In this document: in pieces, positions 23,322 through 37,225 of the stretch
Layout: each line of letters starts with the position of its first letter
Numbering within the stretch: position 1 is the first letter of the stretch
DNA from: Octopus bimaculoides
Taxonomy: Eukaryota
Reading direction: 5' to 3'
Length of the DNA: 56,664 nt
NCBI RefSeq assembly: GCF_001194135.2
Contig: NC_068991.1
Coordinates: forward strand, 18,255,332-18,311,995
Made by a program: the position numbers and the translations under genes
Notes under the pieces: generated by a model
What the model saw: the letters and a program-made list of their open reading frames with translations, nothing else
What the model was told of the DNA's origin: nothing
Databases searched by the model: none

Positions 23322-25204
23322 TGTTTTGCCTTTTTTTTTTCTTATTCATTTTTATTTCTTCTTTGTTTTATTGTACACTTCATTTTCTGAAGTGGAATTT
23401 GTGTGTGTGTGTGATGTTGACACACACGCATACATACAACCTGGTAGAGGTTGGGATGATAATGGTAGGGATGTGGAGGGGGGGAATAGTGTGGAAGAAA
23501 GAAAATTCACACAGAATGTGTTACCTTCTCCCCACACAATAGTAGTAGTAGTAGTACCAATCTCTGACTCGGGCAAAAAGCCACACACTTCGGAAGATAG
23601 TGTTTATAGTAAACTCTATCGACTCCCACCTAGTGCACGACTGTTATTTTATCGACGAGACTAAGCACCAAACAAAACGATGAAAGATAAAGACGACCTT
23701 GAAGAATTCGAACTCACAACGGAAAGGAACGCAACTAAACTGCATAAGGTGTTTCATTCGTTGCTCTACCTGTTCTCCCATGTGAGAACCTACTCCCATA
23801 AGACACGAATTCTGCAACTAGCTGACTCAAGTGATTCCCATTTTACTCGCAACGTTACGAGTACTTTATTTCATCAACTCCCCACCTCTATCGAGGATTG
23901 AAAGGCAAAGTCGAAGAGGATGAATTTAGGTTGTAAAGGGTCGTAACTAAATAACACAAAGTATTTTGTCTAGCACTCGACCAGTTTGCCCATAAACGGA
24001 GCACTATCACGAGCAATAATCGTGATACCTCTACATGGTTTCTTAATCAGCTAGAAATAACGACAAAATCTTTAACTCACACCCTAACCTCTTAAATAAT
24101 ACGACTGATCATGGCTGGAATACATTTTGATTTTAGGTCTCTTCAATTAGGTGTGATCTGGGACTAAACAGTAACAGTGGTAGTTGTTATAATCATAGTA
24201 GTAGTAGTAATAATAATACTACCATTAATCTTAGTAGTACTTAGCCCAATGACAGTTTTTGTAAAGGTATAGTTTGTTAACCTTTGATTTTTGAAAGGCA
24301 GAACTAGCCCCAGCAGTTACTTTATGATGCTAATCACTGGATTTGATCCAGGAAAGTTCAGCAAGCTATAATACTTGGTTCAATTACCAGTTTCTCTTAC
24401 AATGTTTACATGAATTGACATTGAAATCTCAGCAATTTATCCATTCATAATAATTACTGATTTTTGCTTAATATTTTTTTTCATCATCGTGTTTGTGTGT
24501 GTATATCCATTTAGCATCTGTTTTCCCTTGCTGGCATGAGTTGAACGAAGAATTCAGCCAGGATTTTATGGTCAGATGCTCTTATAGTCTTGTGTGTTTG
24601 ACAAGATGCATTTTACTCTCTTTTAGATTGGCCAGAGGACCATATCTTATTACTTGTACGTTCCATTTTTGGTATGATTTCTGTGGCTGGATGCATTTTA
24701 TCATAGCACTAGAGAAATATCCTTAACAAGACAAAAGGGATCTCTCTAGTCTGTTGTCTCCATTCTTTCAAGGTAAACATGACCAATGGAGTGAATAGAA
24801 GAAAGAATGGTGATGACCAAGCAGGTAGAAGAAGAGCGATGCGTAAGAATAGAAATGGCCTATGGTAGATGAGGGTAGTAGCTACCAAAGAAAAGTCGTG
24901 GGAGAGAGAAAATGATGGTGGATGGACTACATAGCCTCACTCATTACACAAGTGTTGTTCTGATAGTTGATTTAGGGGTGGTGGAAGAGAGGTAGAGTGA
25001 TAAAGGGTGATGACAGGAAAACTGATGGTGGAGGGAATGAATATGAACTGATCAAATGTTACCTTTTGTCAGGTAGATGGCAGTATGATACAGTGAATGA
25101 GAGAGAGAGGGTGATTGATGAGGAAGTAACAAAGAGGACAGTGGATGAAGTCTTAAAGGGAATACAAGGGTGAGAGACCCAATTTAAACGTATCAGATAG
25201 ACAT

Positions 25205-25740
25205 TTCAACCATCCACCTTCATTCTAACAACTATTTTACCATGCTTGCATCAGTAAGTGGGTCTTCTCCTCCACTGCATTTTGTCACATATCTTGGTTC
25301 TTTCTCACTTTTTTTTGTGAAGTTCAGCTTTATCACATCAATCTACAACACTTTGTCTCATGTCTTTCTTGGTTTACCTCTTTCCAAAGGTTCCATTTAT
25401 TTCAAGTGTGTGGCATTTTATACAACTAACATTCTCTATATGCATTGTGTGCCCATACCAGTGCAGTCTTGTCTATTGTGCACTACAGTTGATTCTTCTT
25501 AGATCAAGCTTTTTTCTCACCTCATTTGTGATTTGTTCTTCATACATGCCAACATTGCTACACATCCAGTTGAGTATGTTTGCTTCATTTCTCTCAAGCC
25601 ATTACATGTCTCCAGTCTCACTACCATTTAGCTTGTACCTCATATACAAGCATCATACAATTTGTCTTTTACTCTGAGAGAGAAACCGTTTTCAACAGCA
25701 CCGATAATAAGTCCCTGAACTTTTTCCAGCCTATTCTTAC
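25205..25740 (-). pseudogene. Decayed RTE-clade LINE C-terminal fragment
   Basis: RIGWKKFRDLL..SLRVKDKLYDAC..NGSET; RLHWYGH. Confidence 0.75.
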
Positions 25741-25750
25741 TCTCTCATTA

Positions 25751-26143
25751 CTCTTTTACTTATTTCAGTCATTTCACTGCGGCCATGCTGGAGCACTGCC
25801 TTTTAGTCGTGCAAATCAACCCCAGGACTTATTTTTTGGAAGTAAAGTACTTATTCTATCGGTCTCTCTTGCCGAACCGCTAAGTTATAGGGACGTAAAC
25901 ACACCACCATCGGTTGTCAGACGATGCTGGGGGGACAAACACAGACACAAACATATACACACATACATATATATATATACGACAGGCTTCTTTCAGTTTC
26001 CGTCTACCAAATCCACTCACAAGGCTTTGGTCGGCCCGAGGCTATAGTAGAAGACACTTGCCCAAGGTGCCACGCAGTGGGAATGAACCCGGAACCATGT
26101 GGTTGGTAAGCAAGCTACTTACCACACAGCCACTCCTGCGCCT
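25751..26143 (-). mobile_element. Full-length tRNA SINE (family B)
   Basis: Reverse-complement head GGCGCAGGAGTGGCTGTGTGGTAAG, internal (CA/TA) tract, tail ..CAGTGAAATGACTGAAATAAGTAAAAGAG. Confidence 0.88.
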
Positions 26144-26149
26144 ATTACT

Positions 26150-26590
26150 TTACTTTCTGAACACCCACTTACCATTGCTATTTCTGTTACATTTGTAGCA
26201 AAAGTTATCAACTACTTTCAGTGAACCTTGCAAGCATTTGAAGGGACTTATTATTCTTTCTGCTTCCATATACAAACTCTGCTTTTGCCAGCCTGCCTAT
26301 GATCCCACTACACTGCTTGTGCATTCTTAATATACACTGGACATATGTAATTCCTTTTCTGAATATTGAACTTGTCCATTTGCCTGACACTGGCAGGGAC
26401 CTGTCTTCTTTGCTACTTACTAAAACATTAGTCTTTAAGTTTATCTTGTGGTCTCCAAGCCTAGGTTTTGCTTTGTCATCTGGAATTTCTTATCTAAATC
26501 TTCTATAGATTTAGCTATAAAATTAGGCCATCAACGTACAGGAGTTCCTTCAGTTACTTGTATCGCTCCAAGCAAGTTCTTTTTTTTTTA
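26150..26590 (-). pseudogene. Decayed RTE RT fragment
   Basis: ELLYVDGL..KSIEDLDKKFQ resembles ELLYADDL..E.L..KF. Confidence 0.62.
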
Positions 26591-27369
26591 ATTTACTATG
26601 TCCAGTGGAAGGAGCAGTGCTCCTGGTCTAGGTTCATGTGTTGTTTCCCATCCCTTTAAGGACACAGAGCCTTTTCTGTCTGACACATTGATTCACATAG
26701 TACACACATGTACCTATATTTAGCTGTGTGCGTGAGCGTGCACACACATACAAAAGAGTTTTTGCAATTTCTCGCAACAAAATGTCACGAGGCTTTATTT
26801 AAACCATAGCTGTGGTGGTTGCAAACTTCATAGTTACACCACCATGCTTCTACTCATAATTATCATTATCACTATTTTAATGTCCTTTTTTCCATGCTGG
26901 CATGGGTTGGACAGTTCAACATGAACAGACAAGCCAGAAGGCTGTGCCAAGTTCTCGTATTTTTCTTTGGCGTGGTTTCTACAATTGGATATCTTTTAAT
27001 GCCAGCCACTTCACAGAGTGCGCTGGGTGCTTTTTACATGGCACCAGCACTGGTGAGGTCACCAAGTGCCTGCAAGACAAGACTCCTTATCTGAGTGGGG
27101 GTGTAGAATTGAGAGATAAGAAATTAAGAGTATCAGGAGCAGGTGTCTTGTTGAAGAGGTGAATACTTAGATTGCTCATCTGAAAAGATAGAGAGATGTG
27201 AGGTCAAGGTACCAGGTGAATATGTGAGAGAGGATAGGATAGAAGAGCAGAAAAGGTGGATTTGTTGGTAAGTACACTAGAGTGAGAATAGTGTGACATG
27301 AGTTGGATGAAGAAAATATCAGTTCAGCTGAGGGGAAAGTGAAGGAAAAATGAGCTGTTGGGGAGGCTT

Positions 27370-28200
27370 GATAGAACCTTACTTCTGTTGAAATGGACGG
27401 GTTTTCTCAAGCACAACATATTGTTATTCATCATGATTCCCTTGTCAACTTTTTGAAGAGGTTCAACATCTTGAGGTCAGTCTTTACCACTTCATCCCAT
27501 GTCTTTGTGGGTCTCCCTCTTCCACAAACGTCTTCTATGTTTACTGATCAGCACTTCATTATACAGCTGTCCACATCCATCTGCATCACATGACCATATC
27601 AGCACAATCTTCTCTCCTGTGCACCACGCCTGGTGTCTGTTATGCCCAAATTTTTTTATCAGCACATTTGTACTTCGTTGTACATGCACGCTGATGTTGC
27701 ACACCCATGAATCATGCTTGTTTAATTTCTTTCTAGTTTCCACATCAACAGAGGTAATAGTTCTCTGAACTTTCTCCAGCCAATTCTTATTCTAGCAACT
27801 ATACTTTCAGAGCATCCACCTTCACTGTTAATTAGCTCACCTAGGTTATAGAAACTATCTACAACTTCTAAGGAGCCTCTTGGGTATTCCAGAACATCTA
27901 TTTCCTGAGTGCTCTTATTTGTTTATTGCTCATTTATAGAAATATCTGCCACAAGTAAATTCTACTTTCTTTGTTAGTCTTCCTGTGATTCCACTGTACC
28001 TCTTAAGTGTCCATAGTTTGCACTGAGTGCACTATATCGAATTCTTACCTACTCTTTTTCTTTACAAAGAACAAGGCCATTTACATAAAGGGATTAGTAT
28101 CCTGTCTGCTTTCCTATTAACTAAAACTTGGGTCATATTTAAGTTCATTTTAAGACCCTTTGATTCCAGGTTTTGCTTCCAAACCTGGAATTTTATTTCT
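27370..28200 (-). pseudogene. Decayed RTE-clade LINE fragment
   Basis: KKFRELLPLL and frameshifted RL.W.GHV/GRP.KTW-like segments. Confidence 0.72.
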
Positions 28201-30059
28201 AATTCTGTTACAGTATACATATAATGTACATGTCCATCCATATTTACATATCTCTGTATATTAATACTGGCTGATGCCTATTTTGGTGCCTTAAAAGTTA
28301 GACCTACTCTTGGGTATATTCTGGGTGCTGATTCCAAATATATTATCAGTTATAGTTTTGGAAATGCAGCATACATTTTTATATATGCCAATGCATCCGC
28401 TTGTCTGAAATAAGCTATCCGAATTGCACCTTACATTGTTTTAATAGCATCTGTTATATAATTAATATCTGTTATTTCTGTATCAAAATAAATGATTAAT
28501 TAGAACTGATAGGGCAAAACTAAAGGTATATTTTGAATCAGCACTCTGAATATATCCAACATCTTATGCACCAGAGTGTTTGGTTCTATTGGGGTCCCTA
28601 ATTTCAATGCATGAATGGATATGTCCACTTATAAAGAAGTATGTGGTATCTCTAAACCCTAGAAATGGCAGAGAAAGAAGACAGTGTACCTGTGACCCAG
28701 AGACTGGAACATGTCTGTGAGTGGCTTTATGAATAGTATATACTTGTGTAGAAATGGCATTTGAAGTGCACATTTCTAAAATGGAAAATATGGTTTTCAT
28801 TTCCAGACTTAATCAAATATGTGTCTAGTGTGTGTTAAAACTGATGGTATATTTCGAATCTTAATCCTGAATATACCGTAGAATAAGTATGAGTTTCAAA
28901 GCACCAGAGAAATTTGGCCAGTGTCATAGATTTATATGCATGTGTGCCCATATTTATATTATCAGATGATAACCATCTCACATTCAGTCTCATTTCATCC
29001 TTGTATGTGTGCAGATATCCATCACCATAGGAGTTTATAAAATGCAAAATGGATCAAGAAATGAAATGACAGTCATCTGTACATGGATCATTGGATTTAA
29101 GTGACAAAAACTCTTTTACTACTCTCTGTCACCATAGCAGGTTCCAGTGACAAGCCTTGGAAGATGACTGGTACTATTTTGATTCCGAGTTTTATGTCAG
29201 AGAATCTTTCTCTTAAAGGAGCTGTCTTCCCTGCATCTTTGTTACAAGTAGTGGGAGGCTCCTTTACCCCTGGGAAATTTAATCCATAGATAGGACCCTG
29301 ACAGATACTTATGTCTAAAGTTATTAATTTTGTTCATTCAGATGTCTTCAAATCTCTTGTACATGTTAGATTTGGTATTATAACCTGGAGGACTACCATG
29401 TAGTTAATTTCTTAAACATTCTGTCTATTCTACTAAAGCAATTGGTTTGTGTTTGATGGTTGTTATATTTATTGTTTTATTTCACATGGTACCAGTCAGG
29501 GCTTCTTGAGTCACTTTATAGCATAGAAGTTGTAAATGACTGCATGAAAAGAATGGGAGTGTGGTGGGAGAAACAGTAATTGACATGAGAAAGTGTTAAA
29601 GGTAAGAATAATGGAAGAGAGACAGTGATGGCAGCTACATGTTTGTTGGAGAGAGAATTGAGCGAGGACGGGTGTTTGATAGTAATAGAAACGGGGGTGA
29701 TGGTTGTCAATAGTGAGTAGTCCTGGGGAGAGGATGTGATGACTGGCAGCATAGAAAGTGTGTTATGGCAGAGGGTGTATCAGAAAGAAGCTGATTCAAT
29801 GCAATCCTTTATGCATAAGCATAATGATGGACAAAAACAGAACAATAAGGTTGGTGGGGTAAATGAATATGGTTCAATCCAATGTGATCCCTTCCTACAT
29901 GAACAGATTGGTAGACAAGGGGAAGGTGTCAGAGCGAGAGGGGAAAACTGAAAGAGACTCAGGACACATTGTGTGAGAGACTCAGTGTGTGTGTGTTTCC
30001 ATAAAGTTAATGTTTATTTCACTGTACTTGTACAAGTGGGCAAGTCTTCTACCGCACTG

Positions 30060-31060
30060 CTTGCTGCCAATCATTTTGGTCCTTTATCTCCTCTGTGAGC
30101 TCAGCATCTTAAGATCAACCTTTACCACCTTCATCCATATCTTCCTAGGTTTCCTTCTTCCACAGGTTCCATTCACTTCTATAACCTTGCACTGTATGCA
30201 GCTTCCATCCTCCATATGCATTGCATGCTCATACCAGCACAGTCTATTCTCTTGCGCACTACATCTCCTGCCTCTTACAGCCAGATTTTCTCTCAACTCA
30301 TTTGTGCTCCATCATTCATGTTAACTAACAATACATATCCAGTGGAGAATGCTTGCTTCATTTCTTTCTAGTGTTTGTAAATCCTCTGCAATTAATGCCC
30401 ATGTTTTGCATCCTTGTGGCATTCCACTTTGTGTTCAAAACAATACAATTTGCTATTTACTTTGTGAGAGAAAACCTTTGTTACCAGTAGAAGCTATAGT
30501 TCTCTAAACTTCTCCCAAACTATTCTTATTCAGGCTACTCTACTTTTGGAATACTCATCTCCACTGCTAAATTTGGGCATATGAGAAATAAAGTTATCAG
30601 CTACTTTTAGGGAGCCATCAGGGTAGCTGAGAGAATCTTATTTATGTTTGCTATAAGTGCTTATTGCTCTTGGGCCTCTGCTGCAAACGATGGCTACTTT
30701 CTTCATGATACTGCATAATGCAGACTCGTGGAGAAAGTAGGCATTGTATGTGACTAACATGTTCCACTCATAGTTTACACTGCGTAAACTCTATAGAATT
30801 TCTACCTACACCTTTTCTTCATATCAAGCGTAGCCAGTTCCCAGAGTAGTAGTAACATTCTGTTTTTGCCCCTAGTTATTAAAACTTTATTCTTTGCTAA
30901 GTTTAGTTTGAGACCACTTGTTTCTAGGTTTTGTCTCAGTATCCGAAATTCCTTTTCTAATTCTACTATAGATTCACTTACGAATATCTGAAATTTCTTC
31001 TCTAATTCTACTACAGATTCAACTATGAGAACTAGGTCATCAGCATATCTGAGTTGGGAT
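30060..31060 (-). pseudogene. Decayed RTE-clade LINE (RT through C-terminus)
   Basis: YADDLVLIVES at 31047-31036 onward; RLCWYEHAM..GRRKPRKIW. Confidence 0.82.
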
Positions 31061-34000
31061 TACCTATTGCTGTCAAACTGAACCAATCCAGTTTGTTTTT
31101 GTCTATTTTTTTTTTTAATTAAGAATAAGAGAATAGTATTGATAAACATGTTAAAAAATAGAACTTAATCTATAATCTGTGTAGACACATGTTTCTGTAC
31201 AGCTTCTGTTTGCCACATTTCAGTTACATGGTATTGATCAATATGTTCCTATGGTAAAAGACTTGCCCAAGGTACTGTGCAGTAGGAGCAAACTTAGAAG
31301 CACATGGTTACTAAGGAAGCTTCTAAACCACATAGCCATAGCTACACCTAAATTAATACTCAAGTTTATAATGTGCCTGTACTTTGAAAGGGAAGTATGT
31401 GGTTTTGACTGTAATCCAGTTTCTGATTTGAAAATTTTGATTAAAATTCTTTCATCCAAAGCGGCCTTTACTAGAAGACTGAAGTATATTAATATACACC
31501 TTATACATTATATAACACAGTATATGGGAAAATGTTTATCATCATCATCGTTTAACGTCCGTTTTCCATGCTAGCATGGGTTGGACGATTTGACTGAGGA
31601 CTGGTGGACCAGGTGGCTACACCAGGCTCCAGTCTGATTTGGCAGAGTTTCTACAGCTGGATGCCCTTCCTAACGCCGTCACCTGCATGAAGGCCAGTCA
31701 GGCAGTACTGGCAACGGCCACGCTCGAAATGGTGTATTTTACGTGCCACCTGCACAGGAGCCAGTCCAGGGGCACTGGCAATGATCTCGCTCAAATGTCT
31801 TTTCATGTGCCACTGGCACAAGTGCCAGGAAGGCGACGTTGGTAACGATCACACTCAAATGGTGCTATTTACATGCCACTGGCATGGAAGCCATTACCTA
31901 AATTTTTGTTGTCGTATTATTTTGCCATTTTCCTTTTAGTTGTATTGTTAATTCTTTAAAAAGGCATGCATACTTTATGGTAACTATGTAGGAAAGTTTC
32001 AGTTCTTGGTGAAGTAGGGGCCAGTAAAAGTTGATTGACTTCAATCATTGTAGATTTTTGAAACTAATTAAGTAAATCCTTTGTTCTTGAATACTTAAAA
32101 GTTTTTTTTAAGAAGTGGAAAACTTTATATAGATGCAAGCATGGCTGTGTGGCTAGGAAGCTTGCTTACCAACCAAGAATGTGGTTTGGGGTTCAGTTCC
32201 ACTACCCAGCATCTTGAGCAAGTGTCTGCTGTAGGATTTGATAAATAGAAACTTTATATTACTCAGAACATATGAAACAGAGTTAACTAAAAGCCTGAAA
32301 ACAAGCATGGATGTTTAGGACAAATTCATAAAAATTCTTTAAACAGATAAAGGGTTAATTGGTGTAAACATGACTCAGTGGAAATGGAAATAGGATCCTG
32401 GAAATAGATCTCATAGTGTGGTTGTTGAATGTAGTCATTTTGTTGGTAAAGGTTTTACATAAAATATACATACATCCTCGTAAGACGAACAGTATTTACA
32501 TTATTGTTCTACGATCATTTTTGCTTAATAAGATGGTGTTTCAAAATAGAACATTTTGCATATTGCTTAATTATTTTCCTACAGGATATTCTTCCAACTA
32601 ACTTCAATTCTGAATTAGGAATGGAATTTTTTTTTGTCAGTTAGGCATACTGAGGCAAGCAGAGTTATGTACCTCAATCAGGCATAACACAATGGATGGA
32701 TAAAGCTCTTGACTTCACAAGTAAATTGTCAGTAGCTAACATTGTAAACCTTGCAGCCATTATGAATGTAATGATTAGTGCATTGTATAAAAGGTTTGTG
32801 TACTTTACATGCTGAGGGTGGTAGTAGTAAATAGGATTCTAGGTGTGGTAAAAGGTTTCGATATTTGTTACTGATGATAACCTTTGCATCATTGCCACCA
32901 ATGAAACTGTACATTTAATTGTAGTTGTTTTTTAGCCTCAGTTCAGCACAGATTCAGCAAATTCATCATGAGATATAAATGTCTTGGACCACAATATTCA
33001 ATATCCATCTTTGAAAAAATCTTTTTGTTGTCTAGACATTGCATGATTATTGTAAATGAATGTCATTCATTTCCAATGAATGCAACCCGTGAAGGCACAT
33101 GGCTCAGTGGTTAGTGTGCTGGGCTCACAATCATGAGGTAGTGAGTTCAATTCCTGGACCAAGCTGTGTGTTGTGTTCTTGTTGTGCCAGTTCACTCAGC
33201 TGTAGAATTGAATTGTGATGTCACTGGCGCCAAACTGTATCAGCCTTTGCCTTTCCCTTGGATATTGTCAGTGGTATGGCGAGGATATGGGCAATTGCTG
33301 GTCTTCCACAGACAACCTTGCCCATTTAACTGAATTCAGTTGAAACGATTCCAAATATAATATTTAAAAGTGGCATAACACTTGAATATGGCAGTTGCAT
33401 TGTGGTGTTTTATCAAAAAAAAAAAGTTTATATTTGGTTTATCTCCCTTTATGTTCTGAGTTTAGATATCTATTAATAGGCCCACTTAGTCTTTCACTCT
33501 TCAAAGGACAGTAAAATAATTACTAATCAAAAGTTGACTCTACCAAGCACATGATGTCCCAGCATAACCATCAATTCATCATCATCATTTTATGTCTGCT
33601 TTTCATAGTGGCATGGGTTGGATGGTTTGACAGGTACTGATGAATCAAATTATGTTCCAACATCTAAGCTTTAGCATGGTCTCTACAAATGGATGCTTTT
33701 CCTAACACCAATCACTTTACAGTGTATTGGAGGGTTTTTTCTTCTTTATTTTCATGGCACCAGCATGAGCAAGGTTGCTTGGCAACTTGCAACACTAAAG
33801 AGCTCTAAAAACTGAAAGGAAAATGGGAGAGAGAAAGAGTAAGAGTAAGCAATGATTTTTGGCAAGGTGATAAGAGATACAGGTTTATTTTCCTGGGAGA
33901 GTGGTAGTGAAGAGAGTAACAGAGTTGACACTGTCAGGGGCAGAGGGAAGGAATATGGAAGGGATTTGTGTGAAGGGTTAGAGAGAGAGAGTGAAACAGT

Positions 34001-36842
34001 AGTAAAGGTGATTGGGTAGGTTGTGTAGGGGGTTCCAATGCTATTTTACATAAGGGCAAATATAGGTAGAAGGGAACCTCCATTTGGTTACTTAACCTGT
34101 TAGAAATAGTAGCCCTACTCTTCCTTTGAACCTCACCCTGCTTTAGGAAAGTAAGTGAACAAAGCATTAGATAATGTAGTCTTAGACCTAAAAAGTAAGA
34201 ACAGAACCCTATTAATTACAGGTCTGTCTGATCATGGTTGACCTGGGCCAAACAGCAAACATATTTTTTTTTATGACTTTGTGGCAGCCCAAACTGATTT
34301 AGGTTATCACAATCTAAACCAGTTTAGATTAAGGTTATCTCTGCAGATTTTCTATAGAAATTATAGCCATGATTTGTTATGACATTTCATATCCAAATAT
34401 GTTTAATGCAAACAAGAATGTGATTGAAGATGGGAAAATAGGTAATGTATATAGATGCATATATCAGGAGTTCTTGCTTCTTCTTCAGCACCACATCCAA
34501 CCCATTAATCATTCACAAACTCATTGCTTAAATAGCCACTAAATATAACAGTCTAACATTATTGAATACACCAATTTTACATATAAAACACTTTCCTGTA
34601 GTGGGGGAAACATATGACTGTAAATAATTGTTCCAACAATATATTTATATTTATATCTGTCCTATACACAATTACTTTGAAAGGAAAAAAAAAGATGTAA
34701 AATACAATACAATATACAAAATACAATAAAAAATATATAGCGTGGCTGTGTGATTACAAAGTTTATTCTGAGACTGAATGGTTTTGAGTTCCTTCTTACT
34801 ATGTGGCACCTTGGGCAGTGGCTTCTAATGTAGCTTTGAGCTGACCAATGAGTGAGACTGGTAGATGGAAACTGCACAGAAGCCCGTTATGTGTGGGTGT
34901 GTATGTCTATATGTATATATAATCTGTGTGTATGTATATACATGATGAATATATATGTATAGGTGTATATATGTCCAATATGGCAGTTGCATTGTAGTGA
35001 TTCAGCAGAATATTTTTTATTTGGTTACCTCCCTTCGTGTTCTACGTCATATAAATGTGTTTATACATGCATACATATACATACGTGTGTGTATGTATGA
35101 TAATGTGCATGATTATTTATTTCATCATGTCTTGACGTTGACACTATTTGGGCTACAGTGATGTTATGTTTACATCTTCTTAGTTTTGACATATGAAGAC
35201 TAGCAGAATAAAAATAGTTGAAAAAAAAAGTAAGAGTTGATGGTGAGAAGGATATGCGACCATAGTATACTGCCTCAATGAATCTCATCCAATCCATGCC
35301 AACACATTGAAAGTAAACACAAAAATGATGATGACAATGTCTAAGTTAATTCTAAATCTACTTGGGGACAAAAAAAAACAAAAACAAAACAAAAGACTAA
35401 TTTGTATTTTTTTAGTTCAATTTCTTTCTTGAAATTGAAAGCAGATGTTAAAAATAATCTTGTGTTTTTACTGTCTGACAGCTTTTGGAGGTATATGTTA
35501 TGTATGTATAATGTGTTAGCCATATACACAAACATGGATTCCTGCTTTGGGAAATATATTTTGCTATCAGTGTTAGTGAATGATAGATCTTAATCATGTT
35601 TGTTTTAACATCCACTTTTCCATGCTTGTATGGGTCAGACAGAATTCATCAAGGTAGATAATCTACAGCTGGATGCCATTTTTGCCAATCCTTACCTGTT
35701 TCCATATAAGGTAATATTTCTCCTTGGCTGGACATGTTTTTCACAGAAGAATAGAAATGAACGACACTGTCTGGCAGTGATGCTTACTTACAACACACAC
35801 ACGTGTGCAATAAATTTCTTTCAGTTTCTGTCTACCAAATCCAATCAAAAGGCTTTGGTCAGCTCTACACAATAGAAGACACTTGCTCAAGGTGCCATGC
35901 AGTATGATTGAACCTGAAGCCTGCATGTAAATTTCTTAAATAATAAATCTATTATGTTATTGTAGTTAAATGATTAGTGATTAGATCCATTATTTTTGTC
36001 ACATTATAACAGTTTCATTTCATTAAAATTTTATCTCAGTTCATAATTTGAAGCTAAAGAAAAGTGGGAACATTTGGCAGTTTCTGACATTTTTGAGGAG
36101 GAACTTTTTAACCATACATAGGTGCATGATGATGAAGTTTCACAAGCCACACAGTTTCATGTTCAATTCCACTGTGCAGAACCTTCAGTAACTGTCTTCT
36201 GTTATAACCCTGAGCTGACTAATGCTTTGTTGGTGAATTTGTTTGATGGAAACTGTAAAAAAGTTTGTTGTATATATATGTGAGTGTGTATTTTTGCATA
36301 TGAATGTGTGCTGATATTTCACTTGTCACATTAAGGTGATGAGCTGGCAGAATTGTTAGCATGGTGGGCAAAATGCTTAGTGGCATTTTTCCTGACTTTG
36401 TTCTGAGTTTGAATGTCACCAAGGTCAGTTTTGCCTTTTGTTCTTTCAGATGTTGATAAAATAAATACCAGTTGATTACTGGGGTCGATGTAATCAACTA
36501 GCCCCCTCCCCAATAATTTCAGGCCTTGTACTTATAATAGAAAGGATATTTCACTTGTTACTGAATGAAATTGATGGTGATGTTTCCATTCTTTGTTGAC
36601 ACTATAAATAGATGCTTTATACTTTTGATGACCTGTGGAATAAAAAAAAAAGTTAAGATTTCTTAGCTTGTAAAACAAATGAAGTTTAGTAAAAGAAAGA
36701 GCGTCTTGGTGTAAAATCCTGTCTCAATCAATTCCTGTCCAAATTATTCTAGCATGGAAAAACATACTGAACAAATGAGTTAAAATCTCTGATAGAATTT
36801 ATATCTGATAATCATTTATCTTAGCTTTTTACTTGTTTCAGT

Positions 36843-37225
36843 GTGGAGGCGCAATGGCCTAGTGGTTAGGGCAGCGGACTTGCGTTCATAGGATCGCGGT
36901 TTCGATTCCCAGACCAGGCGTTGTGAGTGTTTATTGAGCAAAAACACCTAAAAGCTCCATGAGGCTCCGGCAGGGGATGGTGGCGAACCCTGCTGTACTC
37001 TTTCACCACAACTTTCTCTCAATCTTACTTCCTGTTTCGGTTGTGCCTGTAATTCAAAGGGCCAGCCTTGTCACACTGTGTCACACTGAATATCCCCGAG
37101 AACTGCATTAAGGGTACACGTGTCTGTGGAGTGCTCAGCCACTTGCACGTTAATTTCACGAGCAGGCTGTTCTGTTGATTGGATCAACTGGAACCCTCGA
37201 CGTCGTAAGCGACGGAGTGCCAGCA
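36843..37225 (+). mobile_element. Full-length family A SINE nested in an older SINE, 12-bp TSD
   Basis: Same head and tail as 2790-3364; TSD ACTTGTTTCAGT at 36831-36842 and 37226-37237. Confidence 0.9.

Noticed and set aside
20689-23664. Long ORFs of 229-457 aa here and at 5211-6098, 17423-17919 and 51250-51738
   Set aside because: Artefacts of N runs translated as X.
29101-29289. 62-aa ORF in the WDR26 intron as a possible exon 2
   Set aside because: No similarity to the expected LisH/CTLH segment in any frame examined.
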